From a virus: a stretch of 64,000 nucleotides of DNA. Below the pieces are notes generated by a model. That model had not been told where the DNA came from. It saw only the letters and a program-made list of their open reading frames with translations, and made no database searches. Where the stretch lies: IMG/VR virus record IMGVR_UViG_3300017991_000049, positions 64,001 to 128,000 of that record, one strand, 5' to 3'. Both the position numbers and the translations under genes were made by a program. Positions 19,558 to 29,295 of the stretch are shown one piece after another. How positions within the stretch are numbered: position 1 is the first letter of the stretch; each line of letters opens with the position of its first letter.

Positions 19558-19929
19558 CTACTCCGCCAGCTCGCCGCCAGTGTGCTTGTGGGCGTAAACC
19601 AACGCAGCAGTCTTGGCGAGATCACTCTGGCCGACCAGTTCGTCGGCGCTCTTCTTGATCATGGCATCCACATCGGGTTGCGGCTGCAAGCCAGCCAAGA
19701 CATGCGTCAGGAAAGGATTGCTCCCGTCCTCGGCCTGCTTGATCTGACCGTCCGCTTCGGCATGCGCCAGAACAGCACCCAGCTGCAGGAACTGCTGCGC
19801 TTCCGCTTTCGTCCGAGGCTGCAGCCCGTTAGCGGCTAGCTTCTCGAAGAACGCCGGGACGTGAATCTGATCAACCATGAAGGATTCGGACTGTGCAGCC
19901 TGATCCTTTGTTGGAAGTGGGGTACTCAT
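19558..19929 (-). CDS. Hypothetical protein (123 aa)
   Basis: Complete ORF directly downstream of the capsid gene terminator. Confidence 0.5.
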   Translation of the reverse strand: MSTPLPTKDQAAQSESFMVDQIHVPAFFEKLAANGLQPRTKAEAQQFLQLGAVLAHAEADGQIKQAEDGSNPFLTHVLAGLQPQPDVDAMIKKSADELVGQSDLAKTAALVYAHKHTGGELAE

Positions 19930-19984
19930 TTGGGTTACCGTTCCGGTTGTTCAGGTGATTGGTTATGTGATCCACAAAGCCCCA

Positions 19985-20008
19985 GGCACCCGGGCGAACC
20001 CGGGTGCC
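19985..20008 (-). terminator. Stem-loop terminator candidate downstream of the capsid gene
   Basis: Perfect 10-bp stem GGCACCCGGG-cgaa-CCCGGGTGCC, 19 nt after the stop codon. The minus-strand transcript continues with GGGGCUUUGUGG. Confidence 0.45.
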
Positions 20009-20026
20009 AGGACTGTGGATGACAGA

Positions 20027-20956
20027 CTACGCGAAGTCGGCGCGCGCCAGGCCGCCGGTGTGCCCGATCGAACCGCCAAGCGTCTCGTAGGCGAAGAATT
20101 CAATCATGAATGCCTCGCGCTTGATATGCATGGTGGTGTCTTCGAGCAAGTACGACTTGCCGATGAACCGAGGGTCGCCGAAGAAGTACATCGAATCATC
20201 GGGGACCAAGTCGCGCTTGATCGTGATGATCCACTTGCAGCCCATCAGGTCGATCTCGGACCAACCGCTCTTCAGCATGTCGCCGGAGAGCGAGCCACCA
20301 GCCTCGTCGTAACCCCACTTGAGGATTTCGCGAATGGTGACGTTGTTGATCAGGACCGTGTTGACTTCGAGGTGACTCGGAGTCTTGGGCATGATCTTCA
20401 GGGCTTCCTGCACGGTATCGCGCGAAATACCGCCCCAAACGGTCTCCCACTGGGCAACGCCAGAGGTCGGCACGATTGCATTGGCGGCGCCACCGAGAGC
20501 TGTGTTGACGGCGGTGAGGAACTTGCTGTCCTCTTCCGCCAACATGTCCTTGATGGCATTGTCACTGAGCACTTGGCGGATGTCCATCTGCCAAGTGCGC
20601 AGCTCGTCGATGTCCTTGACGAAGCGCGGCGTCACGATCCGGTCGAACTGCACACGGTAGCGCGGGCCACGGATGTACACGTTGATCGGCAACGTGGCGA
20701 ACGGGATGGAGATGGCTGCCGGAGAACCAGGCTCCTTGTCCACAACGATGACCGGCTTGTCGGTGTCGACTTGGCGGTCAAGGTCGTCATTGCTGACCTG
20801 GACAGGCGGGATGATCTTCCGGTAGAAGCCGTCTTCACGCACACGGACACGGGTGAACTCGTTCACGGCGTCCAGAGCGTTTTTCTCCATCCCCGGCGTC
20901 TCGAGCTGGCTAAACAGCTCTTCGTTCAGGACTTGAACGCTTGAGGGGCTGGACAT
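20027..20956 (-). CDS. Major capsid protein candidate (~309 aa)
   Basis: Size and composition fit an HK97-like capsid protein. It follows the scaffold-like acidic protein and is followed by a strong hairpin terminator. The ORF-track start is TTG; the ATG at 20954-20956 has GGAGGTT upstream. The N-terminal motif ALDAVNEFTRVRVREDGFYRKIIP is duplicated at 52.9-53.1 kb. Confidence 0.55.
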   Translation of the reverse strand: MSSPSSVQVLNEELFSQLETPGMEKNALDAVNEFTRVRVREDGFYRKIIPPVQVSNDDLDRQVDTDKPVIVVDKEPGSPAAISIPFATLPINVYIRGPRYRVQFDRIVTPRFVKDIDELRTWQMDIRQVLSDNAIKDMLAEEDSKFLTAVNTALGGAANAIVPTSGVAQWETVWGGISRDTVQEALKIMPKTPSHLEVNTVLINNVTIREILKWGYDEAGGSLSGDMLKSGWSEIDLMGCKWIITIKRDLVPDDSMYFFGDPRFIGKSYLLEDTTMHIKREAFMIEFFAYETLGGSIGHTGGLARADFA

Positions 20957-21036
20957 CTTCAACCTCCTTGATTGGTTTTCACTTCCTATCCGTGGAAGCG
21001 ATCATTATCGGTTTATGCGACGCCTTCCTAACTGCC

Positions 21037-21666
21037 TTATGAGGACAGTGCAGGGAGGAAGTAGCTCCAGAACGTCAGTGTCTCGACTCCGTGGGCATTG
21101 TAGCCCCGTGGACTCGATGCAGCAGCCTGACCGCCGGACACGTCGGTGCCGTCAGCCACGCCTTGCACGTGCCACGATGCAACGCCGCAGACCCACGTGG
21201 TGTAGGCCGTGACGTTAAGGTTGGTAAGGATACCGTCCGTGCCTGCGGTGAGCAGGTCGTTCGGCAGGTAGGTCCGATCGGCGAACTCGGTGGTCTGCAA
21301 TTCGTAGCCACCGGTTGCGACGAGGCCGGACATAACACCGGTAGGCGAAATCGCGTACCAGTGTACAACGGAGCTGCTAGAGCTCGTGCCGTCGTTTTGC
21401 ACGTCGGCGTGGTCAGAGCCGTTCCACAGGAAGATCGGCATCGCGGTGTCGGTATTGGTGATGCTCGTCCGGTCGAGGACGAATTCGCCAACGTCGTTGA
21501 TCACCGCCACGCGGCCTGCCGGAATAACGGTAGACTGACCGAGTAGAGCGCTGGACAGCTTGGCAGAGTGGTCCAAAGCAGCCAGGTGGAACCATCCCTT
21601 GACGGCGTCCAAGGCTTGCTCGAACATCTGAGCGACTTGACCAGGCATCGTTGACCTCCATGTCAA
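21037..21666 (-). CDS. Hypothetical virion protein (209 aa)
   Basis: Complete ORF with beta-rich composition. Confidence 0.5.
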   Translation of the reverse strand: MTWRSTMPGQVAQMFEQALDAVKGWFHLAALDHSAKLSSALLGQSTVIPAGRVAVINDVGEFVLDRTSITNTDTAMPIFLWNGSDHADVQNDGTSSSSSVVHWYAISPTGVMSGLVATGGYELQTTEFADRTYLPNDLLTAGTDGILTNLNVTAYTTWVCGVASWHVQGVADGTDVSGGQAAASSPRGYNAHGVETLTFWSYFLPALSS

Positions 21667-21718
21667 GATTTCAAGGTTATGCTGCAGTTACCCGCAGCGA
21701 ACATTTCGTGTGAGCGCG

Positions 21719-22117
21719 TTATGCGCCCAAAAGGGTGTTGCGAAAGTTTTGGCCGGACTCAGTCGCGTCCCAGTCAGCGACGCCTGCGCCGGTGATTGGG
21801 CTGGCCGCAGCTTTCTTTTCTTGCCCGACCGGACTGCCGATAGCGTCAAGCTCAGCGGCATTCCGATGCTTGGCCAGATCACGGATCAGTTCGATGCAAG
21901 CAGCGTGGCTGGATGCAATCTTCTCCGCGACTGCCTCTTTCTGATGCCCGAAGATGCGCTCGTTGGCTTCCAAAGCTTCGATCGCTTCGGGAACCAGCGC
22001 GTCCACGGCCTCCTTGACCGCAGCGTCCTTCTCCAGGCGATCCTGGAAACGCTTTGAGGTCTCGTTGGCCATGCGAAGTTGCGCAAGTACCTTCGGTGCC
22101 AGTACGTCGGTGGTCAT
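21719..22117 (-). CDS. Hypothetical helical protein (~132 aa)
   Basis: Start re-picked at the second ATG (22115-22117), which is preceded by GGAGGTTACC. Confidence 0.5.
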   Translation of the reverse strand: MTTDVLAPKVLAQLRMANETSKRFQDRLEKDAAVKEAVDALVPEAIEALEANERIFGHQKEAVAEKIASSHAACIELIRDLAKHRNAAELDAIGSPVGQEKKAAASPITGAGVADWDATESGQNFRNTLLGA

Positions 22118-22183
22118 GGTAACCTCCATGTTCCCTAGATTAACCTATTTCACCACAAAGTGAGAACAGGGTTTTTGGTGAAA

Positions 22184-23515
22184 CTACTTGCGGCTCCGGT
22201 TGTACAGCTCCAGGACGAATCCCTTCATGTAGTCGCGGACCTTACGATCGGCACTGCCTTCCTTCGCTTCGGTGAAGGCAGCCTTGCCCGTACGCTGGAA
22301 ATCCTGGACAGCGGATGCGATCTTCTGGCCTTCCGGTTGCGCCATGGCAGCCAGCTGGGCCGGATCGATACCGAGTTCTTGCAGCGCCATGAACAGCTGC
22401 TGTAGCGCAGCCTCGTCGCCCATGCCGCCCATCTCAGGCGGAGGACCGCCCATTTCGCCGCCCATTTCCGGCGCAGGAGCGCCCATCATTTCCGGCGCGG
22501 GCGCGCCCATCTCAGGCGGAGGACCGCCCATTTCGCCGCCCATCTCAGGGGCCATCTCGGGACCTGCGCCTGCTCCCTCAGGGCCGCCGCCACCCATGGC
22601 AGCCAGAAGCTCTTCAGCGCCTGCCGGCGGCTCTTCGCCGCCTACAACGTCTCCTTCTCCTTCGCCTTCTGCGGGTGGCTCGCTACTAGGGTCCGAGCCA
22701 CCGCCTTCCTCGGTTCCGTGATCCTCGCCCTCACCAGCGCCGCTGGTGGGGTCCTCGGCCTCGCCCTCTGCCTGCTTCTTCATGGCGGAGAGTTCCTTGG
22801 CCAAGTGATCAGTGACGAGGTCGGCCTCGTGGTAGGCCTGCTTCACGACCTGCTGAATGACACCAGAAGCGATGTCGTTGAGCTTGTCGCCCAGTTCACC
22901 TGCCTCCTCGGCGGTCTTCTCACCGGCCTCGGCGGCTTCCTTGGTGTTAGGCGCTTCCGCAGGCTTCTCAGCCGGCGCGGAGAAGTGGCCGTTGGCGATG
23001 GCAGCAGTGAGTTCGTTGCCAACGTCGGCCGCACTCTTGAGCAGAGTGTCGTCGTCCATGGCCGCAACGGCGTCGGCGGAATACTTCTCGCCATAGTCGC
23101 CAGTGGCCGGGTGGGTTGTCCCACCTTGGTCGCCCTGCTTCTTGTCTCCTTCGAGCTTACCCTTGTAGTCCTCCTCGGTGGAAGGATCTTCGCCGGTAGG
23201 CTTGGCTTCGTCGACGCCTTGACCCTGCTGGGTGTCCGTGGCCTTGGGCGCGTTGCCCTCGGTGGCCTCGGGCTTCTCGTCGACGGAATCGGGGATCATG
23301 TCCTTGACACGCTTCTCGTTGTCAGCGGACTGTTCTCCCTCGCTCTTGGGCTGCAAATCGTCATCCGTCTTCTTTGACGGGTGCGAAGTGGGGCCCTCCG
23401 CACCGCCAGGATCCGGAATGCCGGTCTCGGCACTCTTCTCCTGAGCAGCGGCTTGCTTCTCGGCACCGATCTCTTCGACGAGACCAGATACGCGATCAAA
23501 AAGGCTGGTAGGCAT
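22184..23515 (-). CDS. Highly acidic Glu/Gly/Pro/Met-repeat protein (443 aa; scaffold-like)
   Basis: Tandem PEMGGEMGGPPPEMGAPAPEMMGAPAPEMGGEMGGPPPEMGG repeats with Asp/Glu-rich flanks. Sits between the 500-aa morphogenesis protein and the capsid gene. Confidence 0.55.
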   Translation of the reverse strand: MPTSLFDRVSGLVEEIGAEKQAAAQEKSAETGIPDPGGAEGPTSHPSKKTDDDLQPKSEGEQSADNEKRVKDMIPDSVDEKPEATEGNAPKATDTQQGQGVDEAKPTGEDPSTEEDYKGKLEGDKKQGDQGGTTHPATGDYGEKYSADAVAAMDDDTLLKSAADVGNELTAAIANGHFSAPAEKPAEAPNTKEAAEAGEKTAEEAGELGDKLNDIASGVIQQVVKQAYHEADLVTDHLAKELSAMKKQAEGEAEDPTSGAGEGEDHGTEEGGGSDPSSEPPAEGEGEGDVVGGEEPPAGAEELLAAMGGGGPEGAGAGPEMAPEMGGEMGGPPPEMGAPAPEMMGAPAPEMGGEMGGPPPEMGGMGDEAALQQLFMALQELGIDPAQLAAMAQPEGQKIASAVQDFQRTGKAAFTEAKEGSADRKVRDYMKGFVLELYNRSRK

Positions 23516-23618
23516 TGGATTCCTCCATGAACTTCGGGTTGCTTTTACACCCGTCGTGGTTCATTGTGAGCCAAATGCAGGTATGGCGTCAACACCTAGT
23601 TAGCGCCACCCCGCTACT

Positions 23619-25121
23619 TTACCGAACAAAATTGGACCGTACGACCAAATCCTGCATGAATTTCGCATCAGGATCGGCCGCATGTGCTTGTAGGAAACCG
23701 AGCTGGTAGAGCGCGTAATGCTTTGCCAACTCGTCTACATTACCGGCTACAGCCACCTTGGTCATAGGCCGGCGACTGCCCAGCGGCGTCGGGTGCCGCA
23801 GCGTCGAAAGCTGCAAGCGCTGGACTACGCTCGGGCGGTCTAGCGACCATTCGGCCGCGTGTTTCAGCACCCAATGGCGCACCCGGCGTGGCGTAGGCCC
23901 GCCCGGGACGTATGGGCTGTTTCTGAGCTCCTCTTCCAGCCGCGGGTCCGTTGCCAGACGATTGTAAACGCCTGGCAGCCGGTCGGCAACTCGATCCGCG
24001 GCGGTCTTGATGCCGATGTCGTTGCCCGTCAGAAGCACTAGGAAGCTGTCTAACGGCAGCAGGCACTTCTCGTCCGACAGCGCGGTGACGACGTGCGCAA
24101 GCTTGAACGGGCCTGTGCGGACGTCTGGGGCGTCTGTACGGAGCGGCTGGACATCCGGCATGAATGACCGGTCCAGCGGCGACGGAACCTCCTCGGCGGA
24201 GATCTCGTCCTCCAGGCTGATCAGATCGCTGGCGACCTTGAGCTGGCCCACGATCTTGGGATCGGCCCAGGGGCCGTCCGCCATCAGCCACAGCGGCGGC
24301 GTCACGCCTAGCTTCTCGGCCAGATAGCCGGAGCTGCGCGTCTCGCCATACGTATCCGCAGCTGCTTTCAGCATGCCTTCGTAGTCGGCAGCGGCCTTGG
24401 CCATGCCGATCGTGTAGGCGATGCGGTCCGCCGGGCGGAAAACGTTCGAGATATCGAAGTACGACGGATTCGGGTTGAACACGCCCAGCGTCGTGCCATC
24501 GTCGAAGGTCTTGGCCAGGTTGTCCTTACAGCCGCCGTACTTGCACATCTCAGGACCGCAGTATTCTGCGCGGCTCTGCGCCTTGTTTCCGCAGCCAGAG
24601 CATTCGTCGTACGCCACACGGCATGCCATCGAAACAGGGATGTCTTCGCCGCGCGCGAGCTTCTCCATCTCTTCGTCGGCGACCAGGCCGCCGTTGCGGT
24701 CAGCAGCTTCTTTCGTACTGTTGAGCGCCACGATCAGCTCGATACGGCGCATGTCGCCGTTGTAGGCCGACGCTTTGACGATGCCACGACCCTTCTTCGG
24801 ATCCTTGTTGTCGTGGTTGCGATACCAGCGCGCGTACTTCTTGAAGGTCGGATGACACTTCTGGCACTCGGCCTCCTTGAAGCCGTCGCCGTTACGGTTG
24901 AAGCCGTAATACTCGTGCGCGCCCACGGCGATCAAATGCACCGGAACTTCACCGGGATTCAGCCGCATCGACGCCACCTTGTCGATGAATTGCACCGAAG
25001 CGCGTTTCACGAAGGCGTCCATATCGGACCCACGCAGCCCGTTACGGGCCAGCTTGATCCGCTGCGCGATCGGCTCGTGGAAGTTTTGGGAGCCGGGCGT
25101 AATGAGTTTGACGTGCGCCAT
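23619..25121 (-). CDS. Virion morphogenesis protein (500 aa; portal or prohead-protease candidate) with a Cys cluster
   Basis: Position immediately upstream of the scaffold-like and capsid genes. Cys cluster CSGCGNKAQSRAEYCGPEMCKYGGC. No family recognisable by eye. Confidence 0.5.
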   Translation of the reverse strand: MAHVKLITPGSQNFHEPIAQRIKLARNGLRGSDMDAFVKRASVQFIDKVASMRLNPGEVPVHLIAVGAHEYYGFNRNGDGFKEAECQKCHPTFKKYARWYRNHDNKDPKKGRGIVKASAYNGDMRRIELIVALNSTKEAADRNGGLVADEEMEKLARGEDIPVSMACRVAYDECSGCGNKAQSRAEYCGPEMCKYGGCKDNLAKTFDDGTTLGVFNPNPSYFDISNVFRPADRIAYTIGMAKAAADYEGMLKAAADTYGETRSSGYLAEKLGVTPPLWLMADGPWADPKIVGQLKVASDLISLEDEISAEEVPSPLDRSFMPDVQPLRTDAPDVRTGPFKLAHVVTALSDEKCLLPLDSFLVLLTGNDIGIKTAADRVADRLPGVYNRLATDPRLEEELRNSPYVPGGPTPRRVRHWVLKHAAEWSLDRPSVVQRLQLSTLRHPTPLGSRRPMTKVAVAGNVDELAKHYALYQLGFLQAHAADPDAKFMQDLVVRSNFVR

Positions 25122-25123
25122 GG

Positions 25124-26383
25124 TTAAGGTCCCAGTTTGTTTTGCTGCGCCCGAACACTATCGAGCTGTTTGAGCAAGTCCTGCGTCTGTGCGTTGTAGT
25201 CGTAGTGCGCGTTGCCGCCGGTTTGGTCGATCATCGAGCGCGTCAGCAGGTCTGCCGCGAGCCCGACCAGTCCAGCACGCCCGAGCTGGCGTGTGCGGTG
25301 TAACGGACGTGTTCCGCCGCCAGGGGCCTGACTACGCGCCCAGTTGCGCCCAGCCTGCCAAGACGATGTCCGTGCGCCGGTCGTGTCGGGCATCAGCTTG
25401 CGGTACTGCGGCGGCTGTGGCTGCGGTGCAGGCAGGATCGGCGGCTTTCCACCGCCCTTCGGAGGCTTGCCAACCGAAGGTTTGGGCGTCGACTGCGGCA
25501 AAGGCTCGCCGACATTTACGCCCTGCGCCGGAATCGGTTTCGCGTTTTGTCCCTTCAACACCTGTGCCTCTACAGGCCCGTGCCGCAATGACCACTTGGC
25601 GCCAAGCTTCTTCTGTGCTTCGATTGTGTCCTTCAGCGATTGCTTAGCGTCTGCGCTCAGCGGGTTGCCGGGCGCATCGCTCAGCATCGACTGGACGTGT
25701 GCCTTGGCCTTGCCCGTGCCGCGATGGCCCTTCTGGAGCGCCCGGTCGGCCAGTGCCGCTACTACGGCGTTGGCTTCTGGCTGCCCATAGTTTAGCGGAA
25801 CATGCTCGCCACTTGTAACACCGCTGATGTCCTCCTTGAGCGAACCCAGGCCAGGAATCAGCGTCTGCAACAAGTCTAGTCGTGATACTGGCACCGTTTG
25901 CGTCTTGCCTGCAGGGTCAGTGTACTCGCGCTCGCCGCCGGTGATTGTCTTCGCCAGCCGTTCGAACCAGTTCATGTCTTCGTAGCCCGCGCCGGCACCT
26001 TCGCCGCGTGCGCCGATCGAGCTTTCGAGGTCTCGCCGCTGGTCAGCAAGGTTACCGCGCTCAGTGTCAGCTTGCGCTTCTGCGAGGCCGCCACTCAGCG
26101 CGTTGTACAGCCCGCCACCAAGGCCGCCGAGCATACCGCCCGTCAGCGTGCGGCCAAGCGCATTGCGCCGATTCTTTGGCTGCCACAGCGACGACAGCGC
26201 ACCAAGACCGGCACCACCAGCAGCGCCGAGACCAATGTCCCAGTACGGCTTGTGCTCGGGGTTAGCCCAGCTGGCTTGCGCTTGCTCGCCCATGTTGGCA
26301 AGCCAGTTCTGCACATCCTCCTGCCAACCGGCAGTCTTGATGGCCAACTTGGCTTCCGCATAGGTCATGTTGTCGTAGTCCAT
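25124..26383 (-). CDS. Gly-rich virion-associated protein (419 aa)
   Basis: Complete ORF with Gly-zipper segments and a basic PKPSVGKPPKGGGKPP tract. Confidence 0.5.
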   Translation of the reverse strand: MDYDNMTYAEAKLAIKTAGWQEDVQNWLANMGEQAQASWANPEHKPYWDIGLGAAGGAGLGALSSLWQPKNRRNALGRTLTGGMLGGLGGGLYNALSGGLAEAQADTERGNLADQRRDLESSIGARGEGAGAGYEDMNWFERLAKTITGGEREYTDPAGKTQTVPVSRLDLLQTLIPGLGSLKEDISGVTSGEHVPLNYGQPEANAVVAALADRALQKGHRGTGKAKAHVQSMLSDAPGNPLSADAKQSLKDTIEAQKKLGAKWSLRHGPVEAQVLKGQNAKPIPAQGVNVGEPLPQSTPKPSVGKPPKGGGKPPILPAPQPQPPQYRKLMPDTTGARTSSWQAGRNWARSQAPGGGTRPLHRTRQLGRAGLVGLAADLLTRSMIDQTGGNAHYDYNAQTQDLLKQLDSVRAQQNKLGP

Positions 26384-26400
26384 TTGTACTTCCCTGTACG

Positions 26401-27867
26401 CTAGGCTGACGGCTTCAGGGCATCATCGACAATGTTCTGCTTATCGGGCTTGCTCTCAGAGATACCGCGCGGCTTGCTCATCGGCGGGCCCAGCTCTCTG
26501 GCCGGGCCAGGCGCCGCGTTTGCCATCAGCTGTTGCGGCATGTCGCGATTGGTCAGCTTGCCCTCGACGTCGAGCATTTGGTCAACGTCGAACGGATCGA
26601 TCGCGGACGCTTGCTCCAGGTACTTCCGCAGCAACGCCTGCGCCATTACGCGCTGCTGCATAGCCTTGGGCGCCACTTCGGAGAGGTGGTTGTATGCTTC
26701 CATGACGGCGGCTGGGTCGTAGCCGCTGATGACCGGGTCACTGGCCATCATTTCGTGCATCATGGTCTGCATACGGATTGCGCGCAACCGATCCTCATGA
26801 TCTGGTGCGCCAAGCTCCTGCAGCTTCTCCTGGATCAGATCCTCTTTGGTCTTCGGCGCCATCTTGTTTGCGAGGCCCCGTGCAGACCCACCAACGGCGC
26901 CAGCCAAACCCAGGCCGAGCAAGCTAACCGCCTGCTTAGTCTGCGATTGATTGTCCCATACTGAGCCGGTGATCACGTCTGTCTCGGGGCTGAGGCCAAA
27001 AGGGGCGAGGGTCTCCGCGCGCTTCTCGGGCAGCTCTTTCTCGAATGCGTCGAGTTCGGCGCGGCGCTTGGCGAAGTCGGCCATGGAGTGGAGCGCTGTT
27101 TTGATCAGGCTGTAGGGCGCTTCGTCCCAGCTGACCGCGTGCGGACCCCGGGCTGGCGGGTACTTGACCGACTTGTTCATGTCGGCGGCGTGCTTAACGA
27201 GCCTACCCGCGCTCGCACCTAGCACCAGCTCGGCGTTCTTGCCAACCTCGTCCGGGTGCTGAGCGTCCGGGCGCCGGAAGTAGTCTCCGACGGCGTTGAC
27301 GTCCTCGGCGACCTTGTAACAGGCGTGCATGGCTGCATCCTTGACCCGCTGATGCTCTCTGCGGAGGTCGTGGAGCTTGGACATGGCTTGCTTGCCGGCG
27401 CGGTGTGGCTCCTCCGGATAACTCGGCATATCTTGCGAGTTATCGGCTGAGGCGACCTTTTCTCGCAACGTAGTACGAGTTATGGCCTCGGCACGGCGGC
27501 GCAGCCAGCCTCGTGGCGACAGCTTGTAATCGTCGGCGATCGCTGCCGCGGCCTTCTGCTGCGCGGGCGTTTCGATCTCAGACGGGAACATGCGCTCGAG
27601 AATCTCGCTGGCGTCAGCCAGTTCGAACGCTGCTGCCTTCTCGGCGAGCGTGTCGTGAGTACGCAGATGGCCGATGCTGCGGCCGTTGTTGAACGCGCGC
27701 ACCATGAGCCGGACCTGGCCAGCAGGGACTTTCCGCGTCGAGGCTACCTTGACGATAGCGTCGTTCGGGGCGTAGCCCTTATTGGTGAGTGCAGCAACCT
27801 CGGAAAGCGCGGCGCTGATCCGCTCCTCGCTCTCTTTGGTTAGTCTAGGAATTTTCGTCATGATCAC
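26401..27867 (-). CDS. Hypothetical protein (488 aa)
   Basis: Complete ORF, helical and charged. Confidence 0.5.
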   Translation of the reverse strand: MIMTKIPRLTKESEERISAALSEVAALTNKGYAPNDAIVKVASTRKVPAGQVRLMVRAFNNGRSIGHLRTHDTLAEKAAAFELADASEILERMFPSEIETPAQQKAAAAIADDYKLSPRGWLRRRAEAITRTTLREKVASADNSQDMPSYPEEPHRAGKQAMSKLHDLRREHQRVKDAAMHACYKVAEDVNAVGDYFRRPDAQHPDEVGKNAELVLGASAGRLVKHAADMNKSVKYPPARGPHAVSWDEAPYSLIKTALHSMADFAKRRAELDAFEKELPEKRAETLAPFGLSPETDVITGSVWDNQSQTKQAVSLLGLGLAGAVGGSARGLANKMAPKTKEDLIQEKLQELGAPDHEDRLRAIRMQTMMHEMMASDPVISGYDPAAVMEAYNHLSEVAPKAMQQRVMAQALLRKYLEQASAIDPFDVDQMLDVEGKLTNRDMPQQLMANAAPGPARELGPPMSKPRGISESKPDKQNIVDDALKPSA

Positions 27868-28804
27868 CTCGCTCTGGGAACGTGGCTGTGCTCATCAATT
27901 GACCGAGACCAGCGGGGAACTCACCCACGCCGATACCAACAAGCTCTGCAGCGCGTAATCGTACGCCCTGGGCCTCCAACTGTGCGATCTGGCCCGTAAG
28001 GCGCGTATCGCCGTCTTCGCGTGTCTTGACCAGCAGACCTTGGAAGGTGTCCACCAGTTGCTGCACGTTCTGCGTGTACGTTTCTGTGCCGATGCCAGCC
28101 TGTCCAGCCTGTGCCTCCAGCGCCAGCATGTCTTTCCATAGCGTAAGGATAAGCTCGCGTGTCTGCCAGTCGGACTTCATCGTGATCATCGTAATCGCGG
28201 CTTTGATGTCGATGGCGTCCTTCGACAAGTCCCGCATCGCGGCCCGTAGGCCGTCATGACCCTCAGTATGCCGCGGGTTGTTGAACTTGTAAGCAAGCGC
28301 GTCCAGGACGGACGGCCCGAGCCAATACCCGAACAGTTTCCACAGACAGTCGTATTCGCGCTCCGCAAGGCCTGTCTGAACCGATTTTCCGATCACCGTG
28401 TGGGTGATCAATCCGGGGGCATCGAGTCGGTCCATCACGTCGAAGAATATCCGCTCGTACAGCATGATGGCATCGATATCAATTCCTAGCTTATCGGAGA
28501 TAGCAGGAAGTGACTCTCTTGCTAGCAAGCGTGCTTCCAACTCCCACTTGTTATTGGTGTGGTCGTCGGTCGCGTCGTACAGCGAATATGCCTCGTACAG
28601 TGCTGGGTGGGCGTCAAGGGCAGCCAGCTTGTCCATATCAGTTTCGCAGCGCTGAATCAGCCGGCGGAACTTACAGGCAGCTCGAACTACCTCGTCATCC
28701 CTACCGCGGACCGGGCGCGCACCTTCGGCCAGTTCGCAGGCACGCTGCCACCGCCAGTCCGGCGGACGTCGCTTGTTATCGGGTCTGTTGACCAGGATAC
28801 TCAT
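27845..28804 (-). CDS. Hypothetical protein (~319 aa; start re-picked at M20)
   Basis: The ATG at 28802-28804 lies 5 nt downstream of the conserved AT-rich palindromic motif. The longer ORF-track start would overlap the upstream gene. Confidence 0.5.
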   Translation of the reverse strand: MSILVNRPDNKRRPPDWRWQRACELAEGARPVRGRDDEVVRAACKFRRLIQRCETDMDKLAALDAHPALYEAYSLYDATDDHTNNKWELEARLLARESLPAISDKLGIDIDAIMLYERIFFDVMDRLDAPGLITHTVIGKSVQTGLAEREYDCLWKLFGYWLGPSVLDALAYKFNNPRHTEGHDGLRAAMRDLSKDAIDIKAAITMITMKSDWQTRELILTLWKDMLALEAQAGQAGIGTETYTQNVQQLVDTFQGLLVKTREDGDTRLTGQIAQLEAQGVRLRAAELVGIGVGEFPAGLGQLMSTATFPERGDHDENS

Positions 28805-28808
28805 TTGG

Positions 28809-28830
28809 ATTTTGATCTCATGAACAAAAT
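28809..28830. promoter_or_regulatory. AT-rich near-palindromic motif, site 2 (ATTTTGATCTCATGAACAAAAT), 5 nt from the ATG at 28802-28804
   Basis: Perfect 6-bp inverted arms ATTTTG/CAAAAT around ATCTCATGAA. Confidence 0.5.
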
Positions 28831-28833
28831 TGG

Positions 28834-29286
28834 CTAGTTCCGCTCGTTGCCGACCTCGCATTCGAGGGCGAGCTCGAACTCCAGCCCGTTGTCGTTAGTG
28901 GGCACGGTAATGTGCAGGTACACAGCGCGTACAGGCACCGTGAATGTACCCTCGCGATTGCGGTAGGACCACGGGCCGTCGTTCTCGAACAGCTCCAGCA
29001 CCACCCCCGCATTGACATTCTGGGTGGGGATGATCTTGGCTAGCGCCTGCGTCATCGGGTCCACGTCTTCAAGCGACGTCGACGAGCCGCTACCTACGTC
29101 GCAGACCTGCCGGTCAAACAGGTTGACCACCAAGGCCACAGCCGGTCCGCTGGACTGCCGCAGCAGCATGCGGGTGATGCGTCCCTCTTGCGGGAAGCCG
29201 ATCTCGAAGCACTGGCTCAACTCTCCGCCAGGCAGGTACAGCTGTGTCCCCTGGGACTCAACAAATTCACGCTTGTAGATATGCAT
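28834..29286 (-). CDS. Hypothetical protein (150 aa)
   Basis: Complete ORF. Confidence 0.45.
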   Translation of the reverse strand: MHIYKREFVESQGTQLYLPGGELSQCFEIGFPQEGRITRMLLRQSSGPAVALVVNLFDRQVCDVGSGSSTSLEDVDPMTQALAKIIPTQNVNAGVVLELFENDGPWSYRNREGTFTVPVRAVYLHITVPTNDNGLEFELALECEVGNERN

Positions 29287-29295
29287 GGTTTACCT

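Noticed and set aside
19955-20944. 329-aa plus-strand ORF antisense to the capsid gene
   Set aside because: It lies antisense to the best-supported structural gene. Its composition (Arg/Asp/Val-rich, many RR/DD pairs) is the classic antisense signature in GC-rich coding DNA.
22184-23515. Possible CRISPR-like or minisatellite array behind the PEMGG repeats
   Set aside because: The repeats are in-frame coding repeats inside a long ORF. They have no spacer-like unique segments and no leader, and no other direct-repeat/spacer architecture was seen anywhere in the window.
23516-23618. Imperfect hairpin GAACTTCGGGT...ACCCGTCGTGGTTC in the spacer upstream of the scaffold-like gene
   Set aside because: The stem is interrupted and has a long loop. 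It overlaps the RBS (GGAGGAATC) of the downstream gene. Too weak to call a terminator.
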